64,000 nt of DNA from Alphaproteobacteria bacterium (GTDB lineage Bacteria > Pseudomonadota > Alphaproteobacteria > UBA828): the NCBI GenBank assembly GCA_965214705.1, contig CBDCCI010000002.1, positions 2,560,001 through 2,624,000 of the forward strand, read 5' to 3'. The notes beneath the pieces are model-generated. The model was not told the origin of the DNA and searched no databases. It worked only from the letters and a program-made list of their open reading frames with translations. This document shows positions 50,521 to 59,760 of this stretch, one piece after another. Within the stretch, counting starts at the first letter, position 1, and every line of letters begins with the position of its first letter. The position numbers and the translations under genes were made by a program.

Positions 50521-51003
50521 ATGGACCGGACTGTCGAAATCGGCCTGCGGGTCAACGGCGAACGGGCGAGCCGCCGCATCGAGGCGCGGATGAACCTGGT
50601 GGACTTCCTGCGCGAGGAGCTCGGCCTCACCGGCAGCCATGTCGGCTGCGAGCACGGCGTGTGCGGCGCCTGCACCGTGCGGGTGGACGGGCGCATCGTG
50701 CGCGGCTGCCTCATGCTGGCCGCGCAGGCGGACGGCGCCGATGTCTGGACCATCGAGGGGCTGAGCGATACCGGCGAGATCCGCGACCTCCAGGAGGCAT
50801 TCGTCGAGCGCAACGCGCTCCAGTGCGGCTACTGCACCCCCGGCATGCTGCTGACCTGCGCCGAGCTGAGGGAGCGCAATCCGGGCGCGAGTCGGCAGGA
50901 GATCCGCGAATTCATCTCCGGAAACTACTGCCGGTGTACGGGCTACGAGGCGATCGTGGATGCGTTCGAGATGGCCCGCGCGCGCCAAGGAGGCCCGTCA
51001 TGA
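50521..51003 (+). CDS. Molybdenum hydroxylase 2Fe-2S subunit (CoxS-like)
   Basis: GCEHGVCGAC, QCGYCTPG, CRCTGY. Confidence 0.93.
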   Translation: MDRTVEIGLRVNGERASRRIEARMNLVDFLREELGLTGSHVGCEHGVCGACTVRVDGRIVRGCLMLAAQADGADVWTIEGLSDTGEIRDLQEAFVERNALQCGYCTPGMLLTCAELRERNPGASRQEIREFISGNYCRCTGYEAIVDAFEMARARQGGPS

Positions 51004-53387
51004 CCGATCTCATCGCGGACCGCTGGCTGCTCGACCGCCCGAACTCCTATATCGGCCGGTCCGTTCCGCGCCCCAATGCGCCCCGCCTCGCGGAAGGGCG
51101 CGGCGCCTTCGTCGACGATATCGAGACCGGCGGGCGGACGGGGCACGCGGCCTTCGTGCGCTCGCCCCACGCCCATGCCCGCATCGGGTCCATCGACGCG
51201 GAGGCGGCCAGGGCGGCGCCGGGGGTGATCGCGGTCGTGAACGGACGGGAGCTCGCGGAGATCCACGACCCCTGGGTCGGCGTGCTGTCGCATCTCCAGG
51301 GCCTCAAGTCCGCGCCGCAATATGCGCTGCCGCTGGAGACGGCGACCTGGCAGGGCGAGGCGGTGGTCGCGGTGGTCGCCGAGAGCCGCGCCAAGGCCGA
51401 GGATGCGGCGGAGCTGGTGAAGATCGAGTGGGAGGTGCTGCCGGCCGTCACCGACGCCGAGACGGCGCTCGACCCCGCCACGACCGTCATCCACGAGAGC
51501 CTCGGCGACAATCTCGCCTGGCGGCGCAATGCGGACTTCGGCGATATCGAGGCCGCCTATGCGGAGGCCGACCACATCGTCGAGGAGACTTACGTCTTTG
51601 CCCGGCACACAGGGGTGTGCGTCGAGCCGCGCGCCATCCTCGCGGACTGGAACCCCGGAGAAGGACAGCTCACCGTGTGGCACAACAACCAGTGCCCGCA
51701 CATGGTGCAGAACATCCTCGCGACCCATTTCCGCCTGGACGAGCACCGGGTCCGCGTCATCGCGCGCGATGTCGGCGGCTCGTTCGGGATCAAGGTCCAC
51801 ACCTATGCGGACGAGCTCGCGACCGTCGGGCTCTCGATCCTGCTCAAGCGGCCGGTCAAGTTCGTGGCGGACAGGCTGGAGAGCTTCCTGTCCGACATCC
51901 ATGCGCGCGACCAGCGGGTCCTGGGCAAGGTCGCCGTCAAGGACGACGGTACCATTCTCGCGTTCGAGATCGACGCGCTCAGCGGCATCGGTCCCTATTC
52001 CATGTATCCGCGCACGAGCGGCATCGAGTCGAACCAGATCGTGAACCTGACGGGCGGCCCCTATGCCTTCGACCACTACCGGGCGCAGGCGACCGTTGTC
52101 TTCCAGAACAAGAACATGATGTGCCAGTACCGCGCGGTCGGACATCCGGTCAAATGCGCGGTAACCGAGGGGCTGGTGGATGCGGCGGCGCGTGCGACCG
52201 GGCTCGATCCGGCCGAGATTCGCCGGCGGAACCTGCGCGCGGACGACTCCTATCCTTGCAAGTCGGCGCAGGGGCTCCCGTTCGAGAACCTCTCGCACCA
52301 GGAGAGCCTCGCGAAGCTCCTGGACGCGATGGACTACGACGCCCTGAAGGCGGAGCGCGACGCGCTGCGCGCCGAGGGGGTCTATCGCGGCATCGGCCTG
52401 GCGAGCTTCATCGAGGTCACCAACCCGTCGGCGATGTTCTACGGCGTGGGCGGTGCGCGCATATCCGCCCAGGACGGGGCGACGATGCGCCTCGATGCCA
52501 AGGGGAACGTGTTCGTCGCGACGGGCGCGACCGAGCAGGGCCAGGGCATGGAAGCGGTGATCTCGCAGGTCGCCGCGACGGCCGTCGGCGTTCCTCCGGA
52601 ACGGCTCAAGATCGTCACCGGCGACACAGACCACACGCCCTATGGCGGCGGCACATGGGCCTCGCGCGCGGCCGGCATCGGCGGAGAGGCGGTGGCCCAG
52701 GCGGGCCGCGCGCTCAGGCAGCAGATCCTGCGCGCGGCGGCGGTCATGCTTCAGGAGGAGGCGGAGAACCTGGACATCCAGGGCGGGGTCGTGGTGGACA
52801 GGGCGAGCGGTGCGGAGCGTATCGGCCTCGATGAGGTCGGGCGCGTCTGCTACTACCGGCCCGACACCCTGCCGGACGGCTTCCAGTCGGAGCTGGTCGC
52901 GACCCGTCACTACGTCCCGCGCCAGTACCCCTTCGCCTTCACCAACGGCGCGCAGGCTTCTTATCTGGAGGTGGATGTCGAGACCGGCTTCATCTCCCTC
53001 CTGGATCACTGGTGTATCGAGGACTGCGGCACCGTCATCAACCCGCAGCTCGTGGACGAGCAGATCCGGGGCGGTATCGTACAGGGGCTGGGCGGCGCGC
53101 TCTGGGAGCAGTGCGTGTACGACAGCGACGGGCAGTTGCTGAACGCCACCATGGCGGACTATCTCGTGCCCATGGCGGCGGAGCTGCCCGACATGCGTTG
53201 CGGCCATGTGGTCTCGCCCACGTTCGAATCCGATCTCGGCGCCAAGGGGGTGGGTGAGGCCGGCACCTGCGGCGCGCCGGCCGCGGTGATGAACGCGCTC
53301 AACGACGCGCTCGCGCCCTTCGCCGCGCGGCTCACCGACATGCCCTTCACGCCCCAGAAGGTACTGCGCGCGCTCGGCAAGATTTGA
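51000..53387 (+). CDS. Molybdenum hydroxylase large subunit (CoxL/XdhA-like)
   Basis: GGSFG.K, QYRAVG loop, GQG, INPQLVDEQIRGG, KGVGEAG. Confidence 0.92.
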   Translation: MTDLIADRWLLDRPNSYIGRSVPRPNAPRLAEGRGAFVDDIETGGRTGHAAFVRSPHAHARIGSIDAEAARAAPGVIAVVNGRELAEIHDPWVGVLSHLQGLKSAPQYALPLETATWQGEAVVAVVAESRAKAEDAAELVKIEWEVLPAVTDAETALDPATTVIHESLGDNLAWRRNADFGDIEAAYAEADHIVEETYVFARHTGVCVEPRAILADWNPGEGQLTVWHNNQCPHMVQNILATHFRLDEHRVRVIARDVGGSFGIKVHTYADELATVGLSILLKRPVKFVADRLESFLSDIHARDQRVLGKVAVKDDGTILAFEIDALSGIGPYSMYPRTSGIESNQIVNLTGGPYAFDHYRAQATVVFQNKNMMCQYRAVGHPVKCAVTEGLVDAAARATGLDPAEIRRRNLRADDSYPCKSAQGLPFENLSHQESLAKLLDAMDYDALKAERDALRAEGVYRGIGLASFIEVTNPSAMFYGVGGARISAQDGATMRLDAKGNVFVATGATEQGQGMEAVISQVAATAVGVPPERLKIVTGDTDHTPYGGGTWASRAAGIGGEAVAQAGRALRQQILRAAAVMLQEEAENLDIQGGVVVDRASGAERIGLDEVGRVCYYRPDTLPDGFQSELVATRHYVPRQYPFAFTNGAQASYLEVDVETGFISLLDHWCIEDCGTVINPQLVDEQIRGGIVQGLGGALWEQCVYDSDGQLLNATMADYLVPMAAELPDMRCGHVVSPTFESDLGAKGVGEAGTCGAPAAVMNALNDALAPFAARLTDMPFTPQKVLRALGKI

Positions 53388-53572
53388 GTGTTTGTTCGGC
53401 GTTCGTTTTTGACCCCGCCGTATCACGCCGCTTCAACAGCTTATCGCGCCGGTGGACGCGCAACCCATGCGCCGAATAACAATCGAGAAAACGTGGTCTG
53501 GAGGTGACCGTGAGGCGAAGACCGTTTCTGCGTGGCTGATCTTCTTGCAACACGTCGGTAAAGGGGGCGGCT

Positions 53573-54706
53573 GTGGATAACCTGGAAAGACTCGATTCTC
53601 TTCTTCGAGAATTCGATGAGTTGAGTCAGCATTCTGTTGGCTATCCCTGCAATTTGGATTTCGACTACACGGCGCTGCTGCCCTTTATGCAGTACGCTCT
53701 CAACAACGTGGGCGATCCCTTCCACGACAGCAACTTCCAGAGCAACACCCACGAGATCGAGCGCGAGGTCATCGGCATCTTCGCTGATTTGATGCACATT
53801 TCGCGCGAAGACGTGTGGGGCTACGTCACGTCGGGCGGCACCGAGGGCAACATGTACGGCCTCTACCTGGGGCGGGAACTTTTTCCGAACGGGGTGGTCT
53901 ATTTCTCCCAGGACACCCACTACAGCGTGGTCAAGATCATGAGCGTGCTGAAGGTGCGCAACATCATGATAAGGAGCCAGGACAACGGAGAGATCGATTA
54001 CGACGACCTCCGCGAGACGATTCGCATCAACCGGGACGTGCCCGCAATCGTGATGGCGAACATCGGCACGACGATGAAGGGCGCGGTAGACGACGTGAGC
54101 AAGATCCGCGGCATCCTGAGCGACCTCGCGGTGACCAAGTCGTACATACACGCGGACGCAGCGCTCAGCGGCATGATCTTGCCGTTCGTGGAGGACCCGC
54201 AGCTCTACGGGTTCGACGCCGGGTTCGACAGCGTCTCCATCAGCGGACACAAGATGGTGGGCTCGCCACTGCCCTGCGGCGTCGCGCTGACCCGGCGCGA
54301 ATACGTCTCACGCATCGCCCGCGCTGTCGAATACGTGGGCGTGTTGGACACCACGCTGACGGGCTCACGCAACGCGCTGACACCGCTGATGATGTGGCAC
54401 GCGTTCGAGCAGAAAGGATTGGACGGCTTCAGGTGCATCGTGAATGGATGCCTCGAGACGGCGGAATATGCGGTCACGCGCTTCAACGACGGCGGCATCC
54501 CCGCGTGGCGCAACAGGAACTCGGTCACAGTCGTGTTTCCCAGGCCGCCAGCGGATGTCGTGCGCAAGTGGCAGCTCGCGCCCTACGAGGACATCGCGCA
54601 CCTCATCACGATGCCGCACGTAACGCGTGAGACCATCGACGCCGTGGTGGACGACTGCATGCGTGGAGCAACGGCACCAGGAGACGAAACGGGGACAACC
54701 GCATGA
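53573..54706 (+). CDS. PLP-dependent histidine decarboxylase-like enzyme (group II)
   Basis: GYPCN.DFDY, NNVGDPF, GGTEGN, HYSV, HADAA, SISGHK, GSRN. Confidence 0.85.
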   Translation: MDNLERLDSLLREFDELSQHSVGYPCNLDFDYTALLPFMQYALNNVGDPFHDSNFQSNTHEIEREVIGIFADLMHISREDVWGYVTSGGTEGNMYGLYLGRELFPNGVVYFSQDTHYSVVKIMSVLKVRNIMIRSQDNGEIDYDDLRETIRINRDVPAIVMANIGTTMKGAVDDVSKIRGILSDLAVTKSYIHADAALSGMILPFVEDPQLYGFDAGFDSVSISGHKMVGSPLPCGVALTRREYVSRIARAVEYVGVLDTTLTGSRNALTPLMMWHAFEQKGLDGFRCIVNGCLETAEYAVTRFNDGGIPAWRNRNSVTVVFPRPPADVVRKWQLAPYEDIAHLITMPHVTRETIDAVVDDCMRGATAPGDETGTTA

Positions 54707-55095
54707 CCAGGATCGTCGTCATTGCCAACAACGAGGCGGGCGTCATCGCCGACATCGCCGGAGCCTTGACCGAGCGCAACATCAATATCGAAACCATCAG
54801 CGCAGAGGCGCTGGGGGAGAAGGGTGCGATAACGCTCACCGCGGACGACCACGACGGCGCTCTGCGCGCGCTGACGGACGCGGGCTTCAAGACGGTATCC
54901 GACGAATCGCTGGTCCTGAGACTGCGCGACGAACCGGGCGCGCTGGCCAGACTGGCGGAGAGGTTCAAGCAGGCCGGCGTGAATATCCGGAGCCTGCACT
55001 TTCTGGACCGCCGAAACGGCTACGCCACGGTCGCGATATCCGCCGATGACCGCGCCAAGGCGGAGTCGCTGGTAGAGCCGGAGACGGCGGTGTAG
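54703..55095 (+). CDS. Tandem ACT domain protein
   Basis: NEAGVIADI..L...NINI and DEPGALARL..F..AGVNI; ATGA overlap with decarboxylase. Confidence 0.8.
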   Translation: MTRIVVIANNEAGVIADIAGALTERNINIETISAEALGEKGAITLTADDHDGALRALTDAGFKTVSDESLVLRLRDEPGALARLAERFKQAGVNIRSLHFLDRRNGYATVAISADDRAKAESLVEPETAV

Positions 55096-56468
55096 GAGGG
55101 AAGAGACGAGGCGTGTCTCGTATTACGGTGAAGCCGCCCGGATCGGCTCCCCCTACTCCCGGCTCTCCCTTATCCATCCGTTCTCGAACACCGGGCCGTC
55201 GCAGCCGCAGAAGCGGGCGATGCGGTCGAGTTCGCGCCCGATTCGCTCCAGCCGCCCCTTGCCGAGGCGCACGCCGTGCTCGGGCCAGAGCGCCCGCACG
55301 CTGAGGCGGCCCTCCCGGCGGCGCATGTCGATCCGCCCGACAAGCCGGTCGCCTTCCAGCAGCGGGAAGACGTAGTAGCCGTATTCGCGCTTCTTTTCCG
55401 GCACGTAGATCTCGATGCGGTAACGGAAGCCGAACAGCCATTCGGCGCGCTTGCGGTCGCGCAGCAGCGGGTCGAAGGGGCTGAGCACACGCACGCCGCC
55501 GGGCGGCTCCGGCGTCCGCTCGGTCCACTCGCATACGTCGGGACGCGCGAACAGGCGGCGGGCCTCGCCAGGCCGCGCGCCTTCCACCGCCACCTCGACC
55601 AGTTCGCCGGCGTCGCGGGCGGCACACCAGGACCGCGCCTCGTCGAGAGAGGCCGTGTCCCAGAAGGCCGCGATCTCTCGGGCGGATGCGAAGCCGAGCC
55701 GGTCGAGCGCGCTCGCGCATGCCCAAGCCAGCGTTTCCCGATCGTCCGGCACGGCAGCGCGGACGGGGGCCGGGATCACGCGGTCGGCCCACTGCTGTCC
55801 GGTTTAGCTTGGGTAGACAAGGTGCATGGCTTGGATTCAACTTGGTTTTTGCAAGACCTGTTGAATCGAAGCTCGCAATGGAGCCCAAGCCATGCCCTAC
55901 CAGGATACGGTTTTCGGCGAACTGATGAAGGCGTTTCCGCGCTGGCGCTTCGACAAGCTGGCAGAGCGCCACGGAGCGGACTACCGGGTCCGGCGCCTTT
56001 CGTCGTGGAGCCAGTTCCAGGCGATGGTGTTCGCCCAGCTGTCGGGCTCGCGCTCCTTGCGCGAGGCGGTCGGTGCGCTGGAACGCTTTCCGGGCGTCCA
56101 CGCCCATCTGGGTCTGGCGCCGGTGCGGCGGTCTACGCTCGCGGATGCCAACCGGGTACGTCCGGCGGCCCTGTTCGAGGACGTGCTGGAAGCCCTGGTC
56201 GCCCGGCTGGGCGCATCTGCGGGCCAGCGCGGGCGGGAGATGCTGCGCCTCGTCGATGCGACCCGGGTCCTGGTTGGCAAGCGGATCGAGAGCTGGGAGG
56301 CCGACGGTGCCGTCAAGCTGCACGTGGTCTACGACCCGGACGCAGATGCGCCTGTCTGCTTTGCCGTGACCTCGGCCAGGGTCAACGACATCACGCCGGC
56401 CAAGCGCCTCCCCATCGAGCCCGGCGCGACTTACGTCTTCGACAGAGGCTATTACGACTTCACCTTCT

Positions 56469-57637
56469 GGATTCCTCTGCGAAAGTGGGTTTGCGGATTG
56501 GTTGGCATGTGATTCGTTGCTGCAGCGATGGGGAGGTCGAGTCGATGAGCGGCACGGGTCAGCTGGGATTTGCAGAAGCATTCATGTCTCCGGGGCTGGG
56601 GTCGAACCGGAAGCTGGAGCGTCTGGACGCCTTGATCGACTGGGCTCCTCTCGAGCGTCTGGCCGCGCGCGTGCGCGAGGGGCGGCGGGGTCGTCCGCCG
56701 TATGCGCCTTTGGCGATGCTGAAGGCGCTCTATCTTCAGGCGCTTTACGACCTTTCGGACCCCGGCCTGGAGGAGACGCTGCTGGATCGTCTGTCGTTCC
56801 GGCGTTTCTGCGGCTTTGCGCTGGATGGGGGCACGCCGGACGAGACCACGATCTGCCGCTTTCGCGCGGACGCGGGCGCGGTTCTGGAGGCGGCGTTCGA
56901 GGAGATCAACCGCCAGCTGGACGCCGCCGGCCTGATCCTGCGTAAGGGCACGCTGATGGACGCGACGCTGGTGGCCTCGGCCTCGCGGCCTCCGCCCTAC
57001 AAGGCGGGCGCAGGTGCTGGGCACCCACGGGAGCCGGGCGCGGGCTGGACGCGGAAGAAGGGCCGCGGCTTCTTCGGCTACAAGGCGCATCTGGGGGTCG
57101 ACCAAGGCTCCGGGCTGATCCGGCGCGTGGCGCTGAGCTCGGCCAAGACTTACGAGAGCGAGGTGGCCGATCGGCTGATCTGCGGCGACGAGGGGGCGGT
57201 CTATGGCGATCGCGCCTACGAAAGCAAGCCGAGACGGGCGAGGCTCAGGGCTGCCGGCATCAAGGACCGCATCATGCACCGGCGCAACAAACACATGGCC
57301 TCGCTGCCGCCCTGGCAGCAGCGCCGCAACGATCTCATTGCGAGGCGCCGGGCGCCGGTGGAAGCGGTCTTTTCGGCGCTGAAGCGCCTCTACGGGCTGA
57401 GGCGAGCCAGGAGTTGCGTGTTCGAGAGGAACACCGCCCGCCTCTACGCCGCTGCCACCGCCTACAACCTGCGCCGCGCCAGCCTGATTGCGGGCTGCTG
57501 ACCGACCAGTGCGCCCGCAAACCGCCGTTTCAGACACAAGATCGTCCAACGACGGCGGCACACGCGCCTCCATCAACACCGCCCAATGCCAAAACCTTCC
57601 CAAAACATCCCGCTGAGCCGATTTCGCAGAGGAATCC
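56469..57637 (+). mobile_element. IS5 family element
   Basis: Perfect 16-bp TIRs GGATTCCTCTGCGAAA; TTCT duplication (boundary ambiguous by 1-2 bp). Confidence 0.9.
56545..57501 (+). CDS. IS5 family transposase
   Basis: GRPPY, LSDP.LEE, PDETTICRFR, DAT, FGYKAH, GDRAY, R..VE.VF..LK. Confidence 0.92.
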   Translation: MSGTGQLGFAEAFMSPGLGSNRKLERLDALIDWAPLERLAARVREGRRGRPPYAPLAMLKALYLQALYDLSDPGLEETLLDRLSFRRFCGFALDGGTPDETTICRFRADAGAVLEAAFEEINRQLDAAGLILRKGTLMDATLVASASRPPPYKAGAGAGHPREPGAGWTRKKGRGFFGYKAHLGVDQGSGLIRRVALSSAKTYESEVADRLICGDEGAVYGDRAYESKPRRARLRAAGIKDRIMHRRNKHMASLPPWQQRRNDLIARRRAPVEAVFSALKRLYGLRRARSCVFERNTARLYAAATAYNLRRASLIAGC

Positions 57638-58375
57638 TTCTGGGCAGACATCGACGCCAAGGGGAGCCGCTTCGTCACCCGCCTGAAGAAGAACTCGCCC
57701 ACAAGCCTGATCGAGACCCGCCCGGTCAAGCCGGACGGCCCGGTCGTGGCCGACCGCGTCGCCTTGCTGTCGAAGCGCCTGGCGGCGAGCCGCAAGAACC
57801 CCTTCGACAAGCCGGTGCGTCTGGTCGACGTGCGCATCGACAGCGGCAGGGAGATCACGCTGGTCAGCAACGACCTCAATGCCCCGGCCGAAGAGATCGC
57901 GGCGCTCTACAAGCAGCGCTGGCAGGTCGAGCTGTTCTTCAAGTGGATCAAGCAGAACCTCAAGATCAGACACTTCCTCGGCACCAGCGAAAATGCCGTG
58001 CGCATCCAGATCGTCACCGCGCTGATCGCCTACCTGCTGCTGCGGCTGGCGCAGATCGGAACCGGAACCGGGCTCGGCCTCCAGGCCATCGCCCGCCTCG
58101 TCGCCAAGACGACCTTCCAACGCCGGGCCCTCACCGACCTCTTCGAACCACCGCCTGACACACCGCAAGCCCATGACCAGCTCCAAATCCCCTTCGCCAA
58201 AATCTAAACCGGACAGCAATGCGGTCGGCCAGGTCGAAGACCTTCTGGAAGCCCTCGCGCCGGTCGATGGCGAGCGCGCCGGTACGCCAGAGGAATTCGA
58301 GCGCCGTCTTCGACGGATGCCAGTCCCACCAGGCGGACGCGTCACGCCGTCGGCTGCTGCCGAGCTCACGCGCCA

Positions 58376-58564
58376 ATCCTCGACGATCCCGGGACCTACG
58401 GCGTCCACCTCAAACGCGGGGAAGACGGCGTGGAACCCCTGGCCGACGCGGTGTCGCGAATGGACCGCCTCTCGCCGCAGCACCAGGCCCAGTCGCAAAG
58501 CCGCGACAGGGCGCTCGTGGAGCACGTCAGCGCTGTGGAGGAGAAGCTGCTGATCGGCGCGTAG
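58376..58564 (+). pseudogene. 3' fragment of an unidentified gene
   Basis: Start-less frame ILDDPGTYGVHLKRG...EEKLLIGA* with host-like codon usage, abutting truncated ycaQ-like gene. Confidence 0.45.
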
Positions 58565-58669
58565 ATTGGGTGCCGATTGGCGCCGTAACCTACTAATTTT
58601 GCTGCACAGTGGAGTGAGCCCCACAGGACTGTTGTTCGGCGTCTTTGGTTGGCGACTTATGATCTTTAC

Positions 58670-58698
58670 TTGACATTTTCGGCGGGAGCCCCTATATT
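58670..58698 (+). promoter_or_regulatory. Near-consensus sigma-70 promoter upstream of IS1595 transposase
   Basis: TTGACA-N17-TATATT; SD GGAGG before ATG 58725. Confidence 0.7.
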
Positions 58699-58724
58699 CC
58701 AGTCATCAGCAACGGAGGCTGGTT

Positions 58725-59702
58725 ATGGCGAAGAAGGCACCTGGGAAGAGCTACCGCGAGGGGATGATGCTGGTCGAGTTGATGGACATGTTCCCGACCG
58801 AGGAAGCCGCCACCGAGTGGTTTGACTCGGTCGTCTGGGAAGATGGTCGCCACTGCCCGAAGTGCGGTTCGACCGAGACCAAGGAAGTCCCGAACGCGAA
58901 GCCGATGCCCTACTGGTGCAGGGGTTGTCGGTCCTACTTCTCCGTCCGCACCGGAACGCCGATGGCGCGCTCGAATATCCCGCTCCGCAAGTGGGCCATC
59001 GCGATCTACCTGTGCCTGACCAGTTTGAAGTCGGTCTCCAGCATGAAACTGCATCGAGACATCGGCGTTTCGCAGCGCGCGGCGTGGTTCATGCTGCATC
59101 GTATCCGCGAAGCATGGGGCGAAGAAGATAGCGAAGACCCGTTTGACGGCCCGGTCGAAGTGGACGAGACCTACATTGGCGGCAAGCGCAAGAACATGTC
59201 GAACAAGAAGCGGAAGAAACTGGCCGGAACTGGCCGGGGCGCGGTTGGAAAGATGGCTGTGGTAGGCATGAAAGACCGGGACACGAATCAGGTTCGCGCA
59301 GAAGTTGTGATCGAGACAGACGGCGAGACGTTGCAGGATTTTGTGGAGGAGAACACCGAAGAAGACGCGACGGTCTATACTGACGAGGCAGCGGCCTACA
59401 ACGGCATCGAGCGGGAGCACGAGGCGGTCAAGCACTCCGTCTCCGAATACGTCCGCGGGCAGGCGCATACCAACGGGATCGAGTCCTTCTGGTCCATGTT
59501 GAAGCGGGCGCACGCTGGCACCTTCCACAAGATTTCCCCGAAGCATCTACAACGCTACGTCTCCGAGTTCGCCGGCAAGCACAACGTCCGGGAATCAGAT
59601 ACTATCGTCCAAATGCGTGACACCGTCGCCCGGCTCGTCGGTCGCAACCTCTTCTACCGCGACCTCATCGCCAGCAACGGGCTGTCGAACGCGGAGCGCT
59701 AG
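58725..59702 (+). CDS. IS1595 family transposase
   Basis: CPKC..YWCRGC zinc ribbon, VEVDETYIGG, VYTDE, HTNGIESFWS.LKR. Confidence 0.93.
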   Translation: MAKKAPGKSYREGMMLVELMDMFPTEEAATEWFDSVVWEDGRHCPKCGSTETKEVPNAKPMPYWCRGCRSYFSVRTGTPMARSNIPLRKWAIAIYLCLTSLKSVSSMKLHRDIGVSQRAAWFMLHRIREAWGEEDSEDPFDGPVEVDETYIGGKRKNMSNKKRKKLAGTGRGAVGKMAVVGMKDRDTNQVRAEVVIETDGETLQDFVEENTEEDATVYTDEAAAYNGIEREHEAVKHSVSEYVRGQAHTNGIESFWSMLKRAHAGTFHKISPKHLQRYVSEFAGKHNVRESDTIVQMRDTVARLVGRNLFYRDLIASNGLSNAER

Positions 59703-59760
59703 AGGCTCCGTCCGACGGAACAGGGCGCGGGCCAGCTTCTCAGGCGTCGCGCCCTTTAAG

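Larger units (their letters stand above)
55892..58207 (+). pseudogene. IS4 transposase split by IS5
   Basis: ...VFDRGYYDFTFW|ADIDA...YKQRWQVELFFKWIKQ rejoin in frame. Confidence 0.88.
55790..58221 (+). mobile_element. IS4 family element containing a nested IS5
   Basis: TIRs CA(C/T)TGCTGTCCGGTTTAG (17/18); 9-bp duplication CGGTCGGCC (55781-55789 / 58222-58230). Confidence 0.92.
55153..58376 (-). pseudogene. YcaQ-like winged-helix/crosslink-repair glycosylase, IS-interrupted and 5'-truncated
   Basis: WWDWHPSKTALEFLW..FQKVFDLADR|VIP rejoins across the IS; LSPFDP, YRIEIYVP..KR.YGYY. Confidence 0.82.

Noticed and set aside
49649-53387. Bona fide aerobic CO dehydrogenase
   Set aside because: Lacks the AYxCSFR motif and accessory cox genes
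53388-53572. Riboswitch or His-rich leader upstream of the decarboxylase
   Set aside because: One imperfect hairpin only; no recognisable aptamer or His-codon run
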